Shown: piece after piece, positions 8,388 to 16,674 of the stretch
Layout: each line of letters opens with the position of its first letter
How positions within the stretch are numbered: position 1 is the first letter of the stretch
IMG/VR virus record: IMGVR_UViG_3300027969_000080
Location: 56,076-76,075 of that record
DNA length: 20,000 nucleotides
Reading direction: 5' to 3' (one strand)
Source of the DNA: an uncultured virus (IMG/VR IMGVR_UViG_3300027969_000080)
Taxonomy: Duplodnaviria > Heunggongvirae > Uroviricota > Caudoviricetes
Notes under the pieces: generated by a model
The model's database searches: none
Told to the model about the DNA's origin: nothing
Seen by the model: only the letters and a program-made list of their open reading frames with translations
Position numbers and translations under genes: made by a program

Positions 8388-10094
8388 ATGCCTAGACTAT
8401 CGCTTTGGCGTCCCAATAAAACGAACGATTACAACTTTTTTGATAGAACAATATCAGAACAGTTCACCGCAGGTGCCACGGATTTGTATGTACATAAGTA
8501 TATGGGTCCAACAAATCAAGGTCCATCTATAGATTATACGCAACCTGAATACGATGTATTAGCCCCAACTAATATTCAAGACTTGTTATTCTTAGAAAAC
8601 CGTGACAGAACATATGATCCAAACATCTATCGTTTGCGCGGCCACTATAATGTACAGAATTTAGACTTTGACTTAAGTCAATTTGGATTGTTCTTAAACA
8701 ACGATATCATATTCATCACTGTTCATTATAACGACATGATTGATTTGATTGGAAGAAAATTAATGGTTGGTGATGTTATTGAGTTACCTCATCTACTTGA
8801 TTACAATCCATTAAAAGAAACTATACCAACTGCATTGAAACGATTCATGCAGATTACTGATGCTAACTATGCTAGTGAAGGATTCAGCCCAACATGGTTC
8901 CCGCACTTATGGCGTATCAAGTGTGAACCACTAGTGGATAGTGAGGAATTTAGTCAGATATTAAGTGCCCCGATAGACCAAGATACATATCTTGGAATAT
9001 GGGATAAAGATAAAACATATCCAGCTGGTTATGTAATTACGTTTGGTGACAAAAACTATAAATCGTTGATTGATGTTCCAATTGGAATTACTCCACCCGA
9101 TCTTACATACTGGGAATTAGATACAGCAAGTAACCTCAAAGATATTCTTGCTACTTACAACAAGAACATTGCAATTAACAATGCAGCATTACAAGAAGCT
9201 GAAAGACTATTACCTAAGTCAGGATATAATAATAACAATCTATATATTGTTCCTACTTACGGGGAATACTCAAGTGATGGTGTTCCATCTAAAGCAATCA
9301 ATAACCCTGCTCCACCCGTAGGAGTTAACACTAACTCATCAGGTGCGCCGGTTGCTACAGGCACTGTTATGATGATGCGTAATGCAAAGTATAAAAATGC
9401 TAGTCCGGTTATTAAGATTTCTAAATCTATTGTAAAAAATATCTGGGATCAAACTGCGGATATGGAATATGAAAAATTAAATGTATTCAATACAGTTAAT
9501 TTAGAAGTATTAACTCTTGCTCCAGTTAGAACAGATACTAATTCAGGACCAGTAAGCGGAGATAAAATATTAACAGTATATTCCATGGGTCAAATTACTG
9601 GACCATATGGTACCGCTGATAACACTTATGCTACTGCCGACGCTAATCCAGAACTACCCGGCTTCACTGGCACTATCAGCACACAAATGGATTGGAGAGC
9701 AGACTGCGATCCAGCATTTCAGTTTATTGCACGTAGTAGCCCTCGCAGTTTTGGTTACACAACAGGCTACATGGATGGAAACGGAGAAGCACCAAATGGA
9801 TTCCCAACTGGTGCTGGAATAAGTTTCCCACAGAATCCACAAGTTGGAGATTATTTCTTACGTATTGATTACTTCCCTCAATTGTTATTCCGTTGGGATG
9901 GTAAACTATGGGTAAGAATATCTCAAAATATAAGAACACAATCTGGATTCAGTTTAGAAAATCAATCACAGTTGTCGGGCTTTATTAATAACGTTGGTGA
10001 AACAAGACTGACAAATGGCACATTTGTTCCACAAAAACAAGCATTGTCAACCATATTAGGATTGACACCAGATACATTACCACCAGTCACTTAA
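8388..10094 (+). CDS. Neck/head-closure protein (T4 gp14-like N-terminal domain) with a long C-terminal extension
   Basis: LSQFGLFLNND...MVGDVIELPH...WRIKCEP resembles gp14 (SKFG, GDLI-P, CE), and it sits directly before the gp15-like gene. Confidence 0.7.
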   Translation: MPRLSLWRPNKTNDYNFFDRTISEQFTAGATDLYVHKYMGPTNQGPSIDYTQPEYDVLAPTNIQDLLFLENRDRTYDPNIYRLRGHYNVQNLDFDLSQFGLFLNNDIIFITVHYNDMIDLIGRKLMVGDVIELPHLLDYNPLKETIPTALKRFMQITDANYASEGFSPTWFPHLWRIKCEPLVDSEEFSQILSAPIDQDTYLGIWDKDKTYPAGYVITFGDKNYKSLIDVPIGITPPDLTYWELDTASNLKDILATYNKNIAINNAALQEAERLLPKSGYNNNNLYIVPTYGEYSSDGVPSKAINNPAPPVGVNTNSSGAPVATGTVMMMRNAKYKNASPVIKISKSIVKNIWDQTADMEYEKLNVFNTVNLEVLTLAPVRTDTNSGPVSGDKILTVYSMGQITGPYGTADNTYATADANPELPGFTGTISTQMDWRADCDPAFQFIARSSPRSFGYTTGYMDGNGEAPNGFPTGAGISFPQNPQVGDYFLRIDYFPQLLFRWDGKLWVRISQNIRTQSGFSLENQSQLSGFINNVGETRLTNGTFVPQKQALSTILGLTPDTLPPVT

Positions 10095-10104
10095 AGAGTA
10101 TATA

Positions 10105-11481
10105 ATGGCAGAATTTTTTTACGATAATCAGATACGCAGATTTTTAATACAGTTTGCAAAAATCTTTAGCAATTGGCAAGTTACTAAAGGCAAAGACCCG
10201 GCAGGAAATCTTATTGTAGTTAGAGTTCCTATTATGTATGGTGATAGTAGCAGACAAGCTGCCACTATCATTGCTAACAATAGTGCTAGTAATTTGCCAA
10301 GTGCTCCATTAATAACATACTATATTACTGCATTGGAATATGATCAAAAAAGAACTCAAGATCCTACCTTCGTGGACAAGGTATCAGTTAGACAAAGAGC
10401 ATATAATAATGAAACACAACAATATGAAACTACACAAGGGCAAGCATTTAATGTTGAACGCTTGATGCCTGTGCCATACACTTTAAGATTGTCTGTTGAT
10501 TTTTGGACTACTAATTATAATCAAAAATTAGAATTGATTGAGCAATTAGGAACACTATTTAATCCTGCATTAGAGATTCAAAGTACAGATAACTTTATTG
10601 ATTGGACTAGTTTAAGTGTTGTATATCAAGATGGATTGACTTTTAGTAGTAGACAGATTCCACAAGGTACAGGTAATCCAATTGATGTAATGACATGGAA
10701 ATTTTATATACCTATATGGCTTAGTACTGCTGCTAAACTTAAGAAATTTGGTGTTATTGAAAAAATATTAGCAAGTATCTTTACTGCTAATGCATTATCT
10801 GATATACAGAATGATGATTTGTTAGTAGGCACAAGACAAAAAGTAACACCATATGGATATAAATTATTGTTGTTAGGTAATACATTACAAATATTACCAC
10901 AAGCGGTTGCATTTGATCCAAGTAATTTCAATTTAGATTTACCTAATAATCCTAATACTGATATATATTGGTCTAGTGTATTAAATGTATATGGGGCAAT
11001 TAAGCCAGGCATCAGTCAAATTTGGTTAGAGAATCCATTTATGGACCATGAGATTGTGGGTAACATCGTACCTAACCCTAATGATGATAGATTATTAATC
11101 TATAACATCGATCCAGATACACTGCCACAAAATACATTAGACCCAGTAGATGGAGTAATCAATCCGCAATTAACTGGACCAAATGCAGGATTACCTGGAC
11201 CAGTCAATGGTCGTAGATATCTGCTTGTTGACAATATAGGATCACCTGGAGATAGCACGGTTGCATGGGGAGATTTAGTAGCTTTTGCAAATGACATTGT
11301 TGAGTATAGGACTAGTGATAGTTCTTGGTTTGTTAGTTTTAATAGCCTAGCTACTACTCCAGTTACATTAGAATATGTAACTAATCTTAGTACTAATGTG
11401 CAATACCGTTTTGTTGATGGAACTTGGATGAAGAGTTTTGAAGGCTGGTATAATGAAGGTGATTATTCTATAGTCATCTAA
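10105..11481 (+). CDS. gp15: Tail terminator/sheath stabiliser (T4 gp15-like) with a C-terminal extension
   Basis: FFYDNQIRRFLIQFAKIFSN...VRVPIMYG...PVPY...LIEQL..LFNP matches the gp15 pattern (FY-RR-FSN, VPI-Y, PVP, EQI-P-F-P). Confidence 0.85.
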   Translation: MAEFFYDNQIRRFLIQFAKIFSNWQVTKGKDPAGNLIVVRVPIMYGDSSRQAATIIANNSASNLPSAPLITYYITALEYDQKRTQDPTFVDKVSVRQRAYNNETQQYETTQGQAFNVERLMPVPYTLRLSVDFWTTNYNQKLELIEQLGTLFNPALEIQSTDNFIDWTSLSVVYQDGLTFSSRQIPQGTGNPIDVMTWKFYIPIWLSTAAKLKKFGVIEKILASIFTANALSDIQNDDLLVGTRQKVTPYGYKLLLLGNTLQILPQAVAFDPSNFNLDLPNNPNTDIYWSSVLNVYGAIKPGISQIWLENPFMDHEIVGNIVPNPNDDRLLIYNIDPDTLPQNTLDPVDGVINPQLTGPNAGLPGPVNGRRYLLVDNIGSPGDSTVAWGDLVAFANDIVEYRTSDSSWFVSFNSLATTPVTLEYVTNLSTNVQYRFVDGTWMKSFEGWYNEGDYSIVI

Positions 11482-11487
11482 TACTGT

Positions 11488-11495
11488 GATAAATC
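11488..11495 (+). promoter_or_regulatory. Late-like box variant GATAAATC before the Nudix gene
   Basis: One mismatch to GATAAATA, 5 nt upstream of the ATG at 11501. Confidence 0.45.
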
Positions 11496-11500
11496 ATAGT

Positions 11501-11917
11501 ATGAGCAATACATCCGCAGGCGTTTTCTTTTATAGTAATAAAACAAACCGTTACCTATATCTATTGCGTACCGACAACAAGAATCCAGGTAATTGGGGTA
11601 TTCCTGGTGGTAAAATAGAAGATGATGAAACTCTCTTTGAGGGCATTGCTAGAGAATGTACGGAAGAGATTGGATTGTTTCCTTCTAACGCAAAACTAGT
11701 ACCTATACAGAAATTCATTAATCATACCTTCACATATCACACATTTTTTTGTGAAGTTAGTGATGAGTTTGTTCCCATACTGAATGAAGAACATTGCGGG
11801 TATGCATGGGTAGGTGACAATCAGTATCCTAAGCCATTACATCCTGGATTGTTTAGTACAGTAAACTTTGATGTGGTGCAGGATAAATTAAAGACACTTA
11901 CAAAAAAAGAGACCTAA
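11501..11917 (+). CDS. Nudix hydrolase
   Basis: Complete Nudix box G-KIEDD-E-TLFEGIA-RECTEEIGL, preceded by WGIPG. ATG at 11501 is preferred over the GTG at 11486. Confidence 0.92.
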   Translation: MSNTSAGVFFYSNKTNRYLYLLRTDNKNPGNWGIPGGKIEDDETLFEGIARECTEEIGLFPSNAKLVPIQKFINHTFTYHTFFCEVSDEFVPILNEEHCGYAWVGDNQYPKPLHPGLFSTVNFDVVQDKLKTLTKKET

Positions 11918-11929
11918 GTCTCTTTTTTT
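11902..11929. terminator. Bidirectional intrinsic terminator between convergent genes
   Basis: AAAAAAAGAGAC-CTAA-GTCTCTTTTTTT is a perfect 12-bp inverted repeat with a U-tract on both strands. Confidence 0.85.
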
Positions 11930-12242
11930 ATTTTAGCAGTGCTGACACTGTTGGAAAACCCATAGAGCCGATTACTATACCGGCTCCCATTAGCATCCAT
12001 CGCCATTTCTCAAGTGCTGATACTTTACTAGCTAATTCAGCATGTTCTTTAACATCCTGCTCACGCATAGATTTCAACATCTTCCTAGTTTCTTCTGCAT
12101 TAGCTTCAATAGCATCATGTAATGCTTTCAGATCCACTTTAAGTTCCCCGATTTTTTCTTCGAGGCTCTTAACTTGGAACTGAAGTACCGCTATCTCAGT
12201 TTCAGGTTGCATTTTAGTAGCCTTACTTGCTGCTGTTGCCAT
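11928..12242 (-). CDS. Coiled-coil protein with a C-terminal transmembrane helix (XhlA/holin-like)
   Basis: Heptad-rich N-terminus followed by LEKWRWMLMGAGIVIGSMGF; the lysis role is inferred from architecture only. Confidence 0.55.
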   Translation of the reverse strand: MATAASKATKMQPETEIAVLQFQVKSLEEKIGELKVDLKALHDAIEANAEETRKMLKSMREQDVKEHAELASKVSALEKWRWMLMGAGIVIGSMGFPTVSALLK

Positions 12243-12244
12243 GA

Positions 12245-13519
12245 TTAAGCACTAGCAATAGTAACTAATTCATACGGTTGACCGGCATCTGCATTAGCAA
12301 CTGCTGCTGTATTGAATGTTGCAAATACTGGAGCAGCATTTTGGAACACAATATTACCTGTAGCAATTGGACCTGAAGTAGCAGTAAACAACTCACCAGT
12401 GTGGTCAGAAAGACTTTGAACTGTTTGAGTAGCACTATTAGCATATGTAGCAAGAATACGCATTGAGTTTGGTGTCAATGCTGTATTAGCAACATTTGCA
12501 GTAAAGCATTGTGCTGTCAAACCACTTGTTGAACCTGTTACTAGATACTTTTGTTTACCTTTTTGACGAACAATGTAACCTGCTTCATCATTTGCATAAA
12601 CAAATGCTGCATTGCTTGCGATAACATTTGCATTAGCTGTTAATACAACACGATTCATAATAGCATTTCCGGTAACACTTGCGTTAGCTGTAAGCTGAAC
12701 TGGTGATCCACCTTGATCAACAGAAACTGTAAATGCAGCAGCATTAGCAATAGTTTTAACAAAATATGTTGTACCAGCAGTTAATCCACCAAAAGTTGCA
12801 TCAAATGTAATTGGCATGTCTAATACAAGAGTTTGTGCATTACCTGAAGTTCCAATAACATTACCTGATACTACTGTATTAGCAACAGCAACTGTAACAT
12901 TGCCTTTTGTTGCACTTGCAAAACCTAAATCAACATAATTAGTACTACCATTGATATTAGCTACAGCAACTTGAAGTGCTGCACCAGTAGTTATATTAGC
13001 TAAATCAGTACCTATTCCTCCTACTACATTGCTAGTATTAACTGCAACTGGAGTATATAATGTACCTGTTCCATTGACACCAATAGCAACTTGTGCTAAT
13101 ACTTGTTTACCAATGATTGCTGTATTACCACCAACTACACTGTATGTGTTACTGTTTGTAGTAGGGAAACCTACTCCACCAAGTGGATTGTTGAAATATG
13201 CATCAACAACATTAAATGAAACACTAACTGAACCACCGGTGGTGTCTGTCAATGTTTGTATTACTTGCGGCTGTACACTTAATTGAGTCTGTGATACATC
13301 AAATGTATCATTTGATAATATTGCATTTACATAATAAATTGTGTTAGCTGTTAAGCCACCAACTGTAGTAGCAACTATAAATGACATACCTTTAGCTACA
13401 CCTACTGTAGGGCTTGTAGTTAAATTTCCACCTGACACTGTGACGATACTGCCGGATGCTGCTGTATCAGTGATTGTTAAGACTGCTTGAGCCTTTGCGA
13501 TTTTAAGAGGGCGTCCCAT
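12245..13519 (-). CDS. Putative virion structural protein with two internal beta-rich repeats
   Basis: 424 aa, rich in A/T/G/N/V; repeat GGLTANTIYYV...FDVS and GGLTAGTTYFV...FTVS; strong SD AAGGAG and a late box upstream. Confidence 0.75.
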   Translation of the reverse strand: MGRPLKIAKAQAVLTITDTAASGSIVTVSGGNLTTSPTVGVAKGMSFIVATTVGGLTANTIYYVNAILSNDTFDVSQTQLSVQPQVIQTLTDTTGGSVSVSFNVVDAYFNNPLGGVGFPTTNSNTYSVVGGNTAIIGKQVLAQVAIGVNGTGTLYTPVAVNTSNVVGGIGTDLANITTGAALQVAVANINGSTNYVDLGFASATKGNVTVAVANTVVSGNVIGTSGNAQTLVLDMPITFDATFGGLTAGTTYFVKTIANAAAFTVSVDQGGSPVQLTANASVTGNAIMNRVVLTANANVIASNAAFVYANDEAGYIVRQKGKQKYLVTGSTSGLTAQCFTANVANTALTPNSMRILATYANSATQTVQSLSDHTGELFTATSGPIATGNIVFQNAAPVFATFNTAAVANADAGQPYELVTIASA

Positions 13520-13538
13520 TTGTTTCTCCTTGAAATGT

Positions 13539-13593
13539 TAGTGAGTTCTAGTCACTACGCGGCGGGGACCGCATAAACTCGCCGAATGCGAAT
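13539..13593 (-). promoter_or_regulatory. Structured 5' leader with three tandem hairpins (candidate cis-regulatory RNA)
   Basis: AUUCGC-AUUCG-GCGAGU, AUGCGG-UCCCCG-CCGCGU and UAGUGA-CUAGAAC-UCACUA lie between the late box and the SD. Confidence 0.6.
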
Positions 13594-13601
13594 GTATAAT
13601 A

Positions 13602-13609
13602 TATTTATC
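13602..13609 (-). promoter_or_regulatory. Late-like promoter box GATAAATA
   Basis: Immediately upstream of the structured leader of the 424-aa gene. Confidence 0.7.
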
Positions 13610-13623
13610 GTAAGGAGTAAAAA

Positions 13624-14187
13624 TTAGTAGTTGGGAACGCCAGATGGTATAATTCCAACTGGATTAACACCGGATGTGCCTGTATTTGAATGAGGCATGC
13701 CTAATTCTGTGATAGAGAATATACTATTGGCTCCTGCTACTGTCAAGTAAGAAACAATGTTTCCTTGCCCTACAATGATACTATTTTCTACAGTATTTGC
13801 AGGAATAATTTCGCTATTAGCGTTTGCTACAGTATAAGGAACACCATATGGACTATATCTTGCAGTAGTATTTGCTATTGCTACAGAAGCATTTGCTGTT
13901 AGTGTTAAACTAGTATTATTAGCAATTGCTTTTACAATGCCAGCTGAGTTTCCGGTAGTATTACCTATCCAATGCCCAATTCCTAATTCTGTTAGAAATA
14001 ACGTTCCTACTCCGGTAACGGTAGTACTATTAGTAGCACATGTTACATTTCCAGTTAATGCTACATTGGGGAAACTAGTAGTATATTGAATAGCTGAATT
14101 TGAAGTGGCTATTCTTACTTTATCCGTTGCAATGTTTGCCGAAGCTGCCGGTGTTGCAATGTTTGCTGTATATGCGTATGTTGTCAT
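13624..14187 (-). CDS. Putative virion structural/fibre-associated protein
   Basis: 187 aa, rich in T/A/N, with a fibre-like segment NSTTVTGVGTLFLTEL...IANNTSLTL; AGGA SD and late box upstream. Confidence 0.7.
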   Translation of the reverse strand: MTTYAYTANIATPAASANIATDKVRIATSNSAIQYTTSFPNVALTGNVTCATNSTTVTGVGTLFLTELGIGHWIGNTTGNSAGIVKAIANNTSLTLTANASVAIANTTARYSPYGVPYTVANANSEIIPANTVENSIIVGQGNIVSYLTVAGANSIFSITELGMPHSNTGTSGVNPVGIIPSGVPNY

Positions 14188-14205
14188 TTTGTTATTCCTA
14201 TATCT

Positions 14206-14213
14206 TATTTATT
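14206..14213 (-). promoter_or_regulatory. Late-like promoter box AATAAATA
   Basis: ATAAATA core 18 nt upstream of the ATG at 14187. Confidence 0.55.
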
Positions 14214-14214
14214 A

Positions 14215-16623
14215 TTAAAGTCTACCAACCGCTACTTCAATAACGCCTTCGCCTTCAAAGTTTTCTAGCGATTTGCCAATTACTGTTCCTATTAATGGAA
14301 TTGTTGATGGACGAGCAAATCCTCCTCCGGCACTTACTAGCATATCACCTTTATGAATAGTTCCACGAACTTTACACGGGACTCGACCTTGCAATGCAAG
14401 TGCTACAATGTGTTCACCTTTACAAGTTGAATTCATTACATAAGCAGGGTTAGTTGATACTACCCCTGCTACTCTTGGGGTCAATGCTTCTGCTAGTGTG
14501 ACTTCTTTGTCACCTCCAAACTCTAGTATAGTACCAGCTTCGTATAGTTTATCTGCTTCATAATATTCTGCTAAGTCAGCATATGTTGCATTAAGTCTTG
14601 AGCCTGCACTTAGTGAGAAATTACCAGTAAATGTACCTACGTTTGCGTTTGATCCAACTGATATAGTTGAATTATTAGCAAGTGTTAATCCAGTTAGTGT
14701 ACCAACACTTGTGATATTTGTTTGTGATGCGGTTCCAATTGTTCCTAAAAAGGTAGTTGCAGAAAGTGAACCATTTGCTATATTTGCAGAATAAACTGTA
14801 TTAGCACCTGGTGTATAATTTGCTGCTGCGGTGCCACTGACAAAAGGTATATAATATGTACCTGTGGTTAAAGCAGAAACCGCAACATAATCACTTACAT
14901 TCGCATGTGCAACATTTAAGTTAGCTACACGGGTAGTACTTGTTACTACTAAAGGAGCAGTACCACCGGCAATATTAGATATAAATTGCGGACTTGTTAC
15001 ATTGGCACTTGCTAATACCTGTGCTGTACCTAGATTACCAACATTAGCATTACCAGAAACATTAGCAGTTCCGGTTATGTTGGCACCAGTACTAGTAATA
15101 ACTAATGTAGAATTAGCATTGGCAGTTAGTGTTATATTTGCATCAGCCGTTATAGTAATGTTACTATTAGCATTTTTCAATAACCCGCTGTTTATGGTAG
15201 TAATATTACCAGTAGTAGCGACTAGAGTAGTTGTACCTAAATTGCCAGTATTTGCATTGCCAGTAACATCAAACGTACCTATAACATTAGCACCTGTATT
15301 AGTAGCAGTTATCCTAGCATTAGCATTTCCATTAACATAAATTACAACATTTCCTGCTGCTGCTGGAATACTTACATTACTATTACCATTTGCAAATCGC
15401 CCAACAAAATTGCCACTAGTAGTATTACCAGTAACAGTTAAGCTAGTTAACGTACCTAAACTAGTTATATTTGGTTGAGCAGCCGTTGATAGTGTGCCTG
15501 TAAATAAAGTTGCACTTAATGCACCGGTTGCTGCATTGAATGACAAGTTTGCATTTGCACCTTGTGCTACATTTCCTGACGTAGCATTTGCAAATATTGG
15601 ATAAAATGTACCAGTGCTTTGTAAGGTAGTAACAGTAAAATCAGTTACATTTGCATATGCAACATTCAAGTTAGCTACACGGGTAGTACTAGTTACTGTC
15701 AATGGAGCAGTACCTATTGCTACATTAGAGATTAGTCTTGGTGATGTTATAGTAGAAGATGCAGTTATAGTGCCTGTTCCAACTGTACCACTTAGTACTG
15801 TTAAAGTATTTGAATTTTTGTCAAAGGTAAAGCCGGCTACACCATTTAAAACATTTTGATCATTGAATTGTACTGCTGTATTAGCACCGCCTACTGTTCC
15901 AGAGCCACCACTGCCGGATCCCAGTGTTGCTGTAGCAATAGCATTGGGTGAATTTGTATAAGTTAAACTTGTTCCGTTTGAATTTGCTGTTCTACCTGAA
16001 TCGGTATAAAGTTTTACGTTACCTGAGGATGCAAAATCAGTTGCTAGTGTTAAGTAAAATGTTAATCCATTAACATTTGCATTGGCAACACCGTTAACAC
16101 CGGAAATAGTTATTGCTTGTCCATTGGTATACGGGGTAGTGTTTGCAACCGTCATAATAATCGGGGTCGCATTTGATAATGATATGATGTTACTGTACAG
16201 TGTTCCTTTTGGAGTCCAACTTAAATTACCTATACCATCTGTTTGTAACACATAGCCAGCTGCACCGCCGGATACTGTTAAATTAGCTACAGGTCCTAGT
16301 TGTAATTTACTATTACCTATTTGACTACTATTTCCAGTATAGTTTTCCCATGTGTTTGTGCTAGAAACATAGGTTAATATTTGACCATTTAAAGCGGTAG
16401 TGATATTAAAGTTTCCTCCATCACTTCCGTTAATTTGATCAAAACTAATATTAGAGTATGAAGTTAATACTTCAATGTTTTGATCCGAAAAATTATTTCC
16501 GGTTCTACCAATAAATAATCTATTTTCATCGGCTGCCCAACCAAATTCGGCATTATCTAATTGAGGTAAGTCAACTAGGTTTCCTGATCTTTGCTGGATT
16601 TTACTGATTTGTACTATGGCCAT
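14215..16623 (-). CDS. Tail fibre/spike-like protein
   Basis: N-terminal IQQRSG...LPQLDNAEFGWAADENRLFIG (Mtd-N-like anchor), a long N/T/A/G-rich beta region, and C-terminal YADLAEYY...GVVSTNPAYVMN...ALQGRVPCKV...KGDMLV (resembling the Peptidase_G2/intramolecular-chaperone domain). Confidence 0.8.
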   Translation of the reverse strand: MAIVQISKIQQRSGNLVDLPQLDNAEFGWAADENRLFIGRTGNNFSDQNIEVLTSYSNISFDQINGSDGGNFNITTALNGQILTYVSSTNTWENYTGNSSQIGNSKLQLGPVANLTVSGGAAGYVLQTDGIGNLSWTPKGTLYSNIISLSNATPIIMTVANTTPYTNGQAITISGVNGVANANVNGLTFYLTLATDFASSGNVKLYTDSGRTANSNGTSLTYTNSPNAIATATLGSGSGGSGTVGGANTAVQFNDQNVLNGVAGFTFDKNSNTLTVLSGTVGTGTITASSTITSPRLISNVAIGTAPLTVTSTTRVANLNVAYANVTDFTVTTLQSTGTFYPIFANATSGNVAQGANANLSFNAATGALSATLFTGTLSTAAQPNITSLGTLTSLTVTGNTTSGNFVGRFANGNSNVSIPAAAGNVVIYVNGNANARITATNTGANVIGTFDVTGNANTGNLGTTTLVATTGNITTINSGLLKNANSNITITADANITLTANANSTLVITSTGANITGTANVSGNANVGNLGTAQVLASANVTSPQFISNIAGGTAPLVVTSTTRVANLNVAHANVSDYVAVSALTTGTYYIPFVSGTAAANYTPGANTVYSANIANGSLSATTFLGTIGTASQTNITSVGTLTGLTLANNSTISVGSNANVGTFTGNFSLSAGSRLNATYADLAEYYEADKLYEAGTILEFGGDKEVTLAEALTPRVAGVVSTNPAYVMNSTCKGEHIVALALQGRVPCKVRGTIHKGDMLVSAGGGFARPSTIPLIGTVIGKSLENFEGEGVIEVAVGRL
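14911..15700 (-). repeat. Internal direct repeat in the fibre gene (copies at about 14911 and 15661)
   Basis: Identical 23-mer aagttagctacacgggtagtact at 14918-14940 and 15668-15690, within the protein repeat GTAPL-VTSTTRVANLNVA. Confidence 0.8.
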
Positions 16624-16656
16624 AAGTGTAATTCTTCACGTTTACACTTATTTATC
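16622..16656 (-). promoter_or_regulatory. Start-codon-occluding hairpin overlapped by the late box GATAAATA (16649-16656)
   Basis: Perfect 10-bp inverted repeat ATAAGTGTAA (16622-16631) / TTACACTTAT (16642-16651) that includes the AU of the AUG. Confidence 0.75.
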
Positions 16657-16674
16657 ATAATATTGTCTTAATCG

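Noticed and set aside
8234..8416. 60-aa ORF spanning the divergent promoter region
   Set aside because: It overlaps both flanking genes and both promoters, and has no coding features.
13539..13593. tRNA
   Set aside because: There are three hairpins but no acceptor stem, T-loop GTTCRA context or CCA end.
14911..15700. Diversity-generating retroelement TR/VR pair, suggested by the Mtd-like N-terminus and repeats
   Set aside because: Both copies are in-frame coding repeats in the middle of the protein, the differences are not adenine-specific, and no reverse transcriptase is present in the window.
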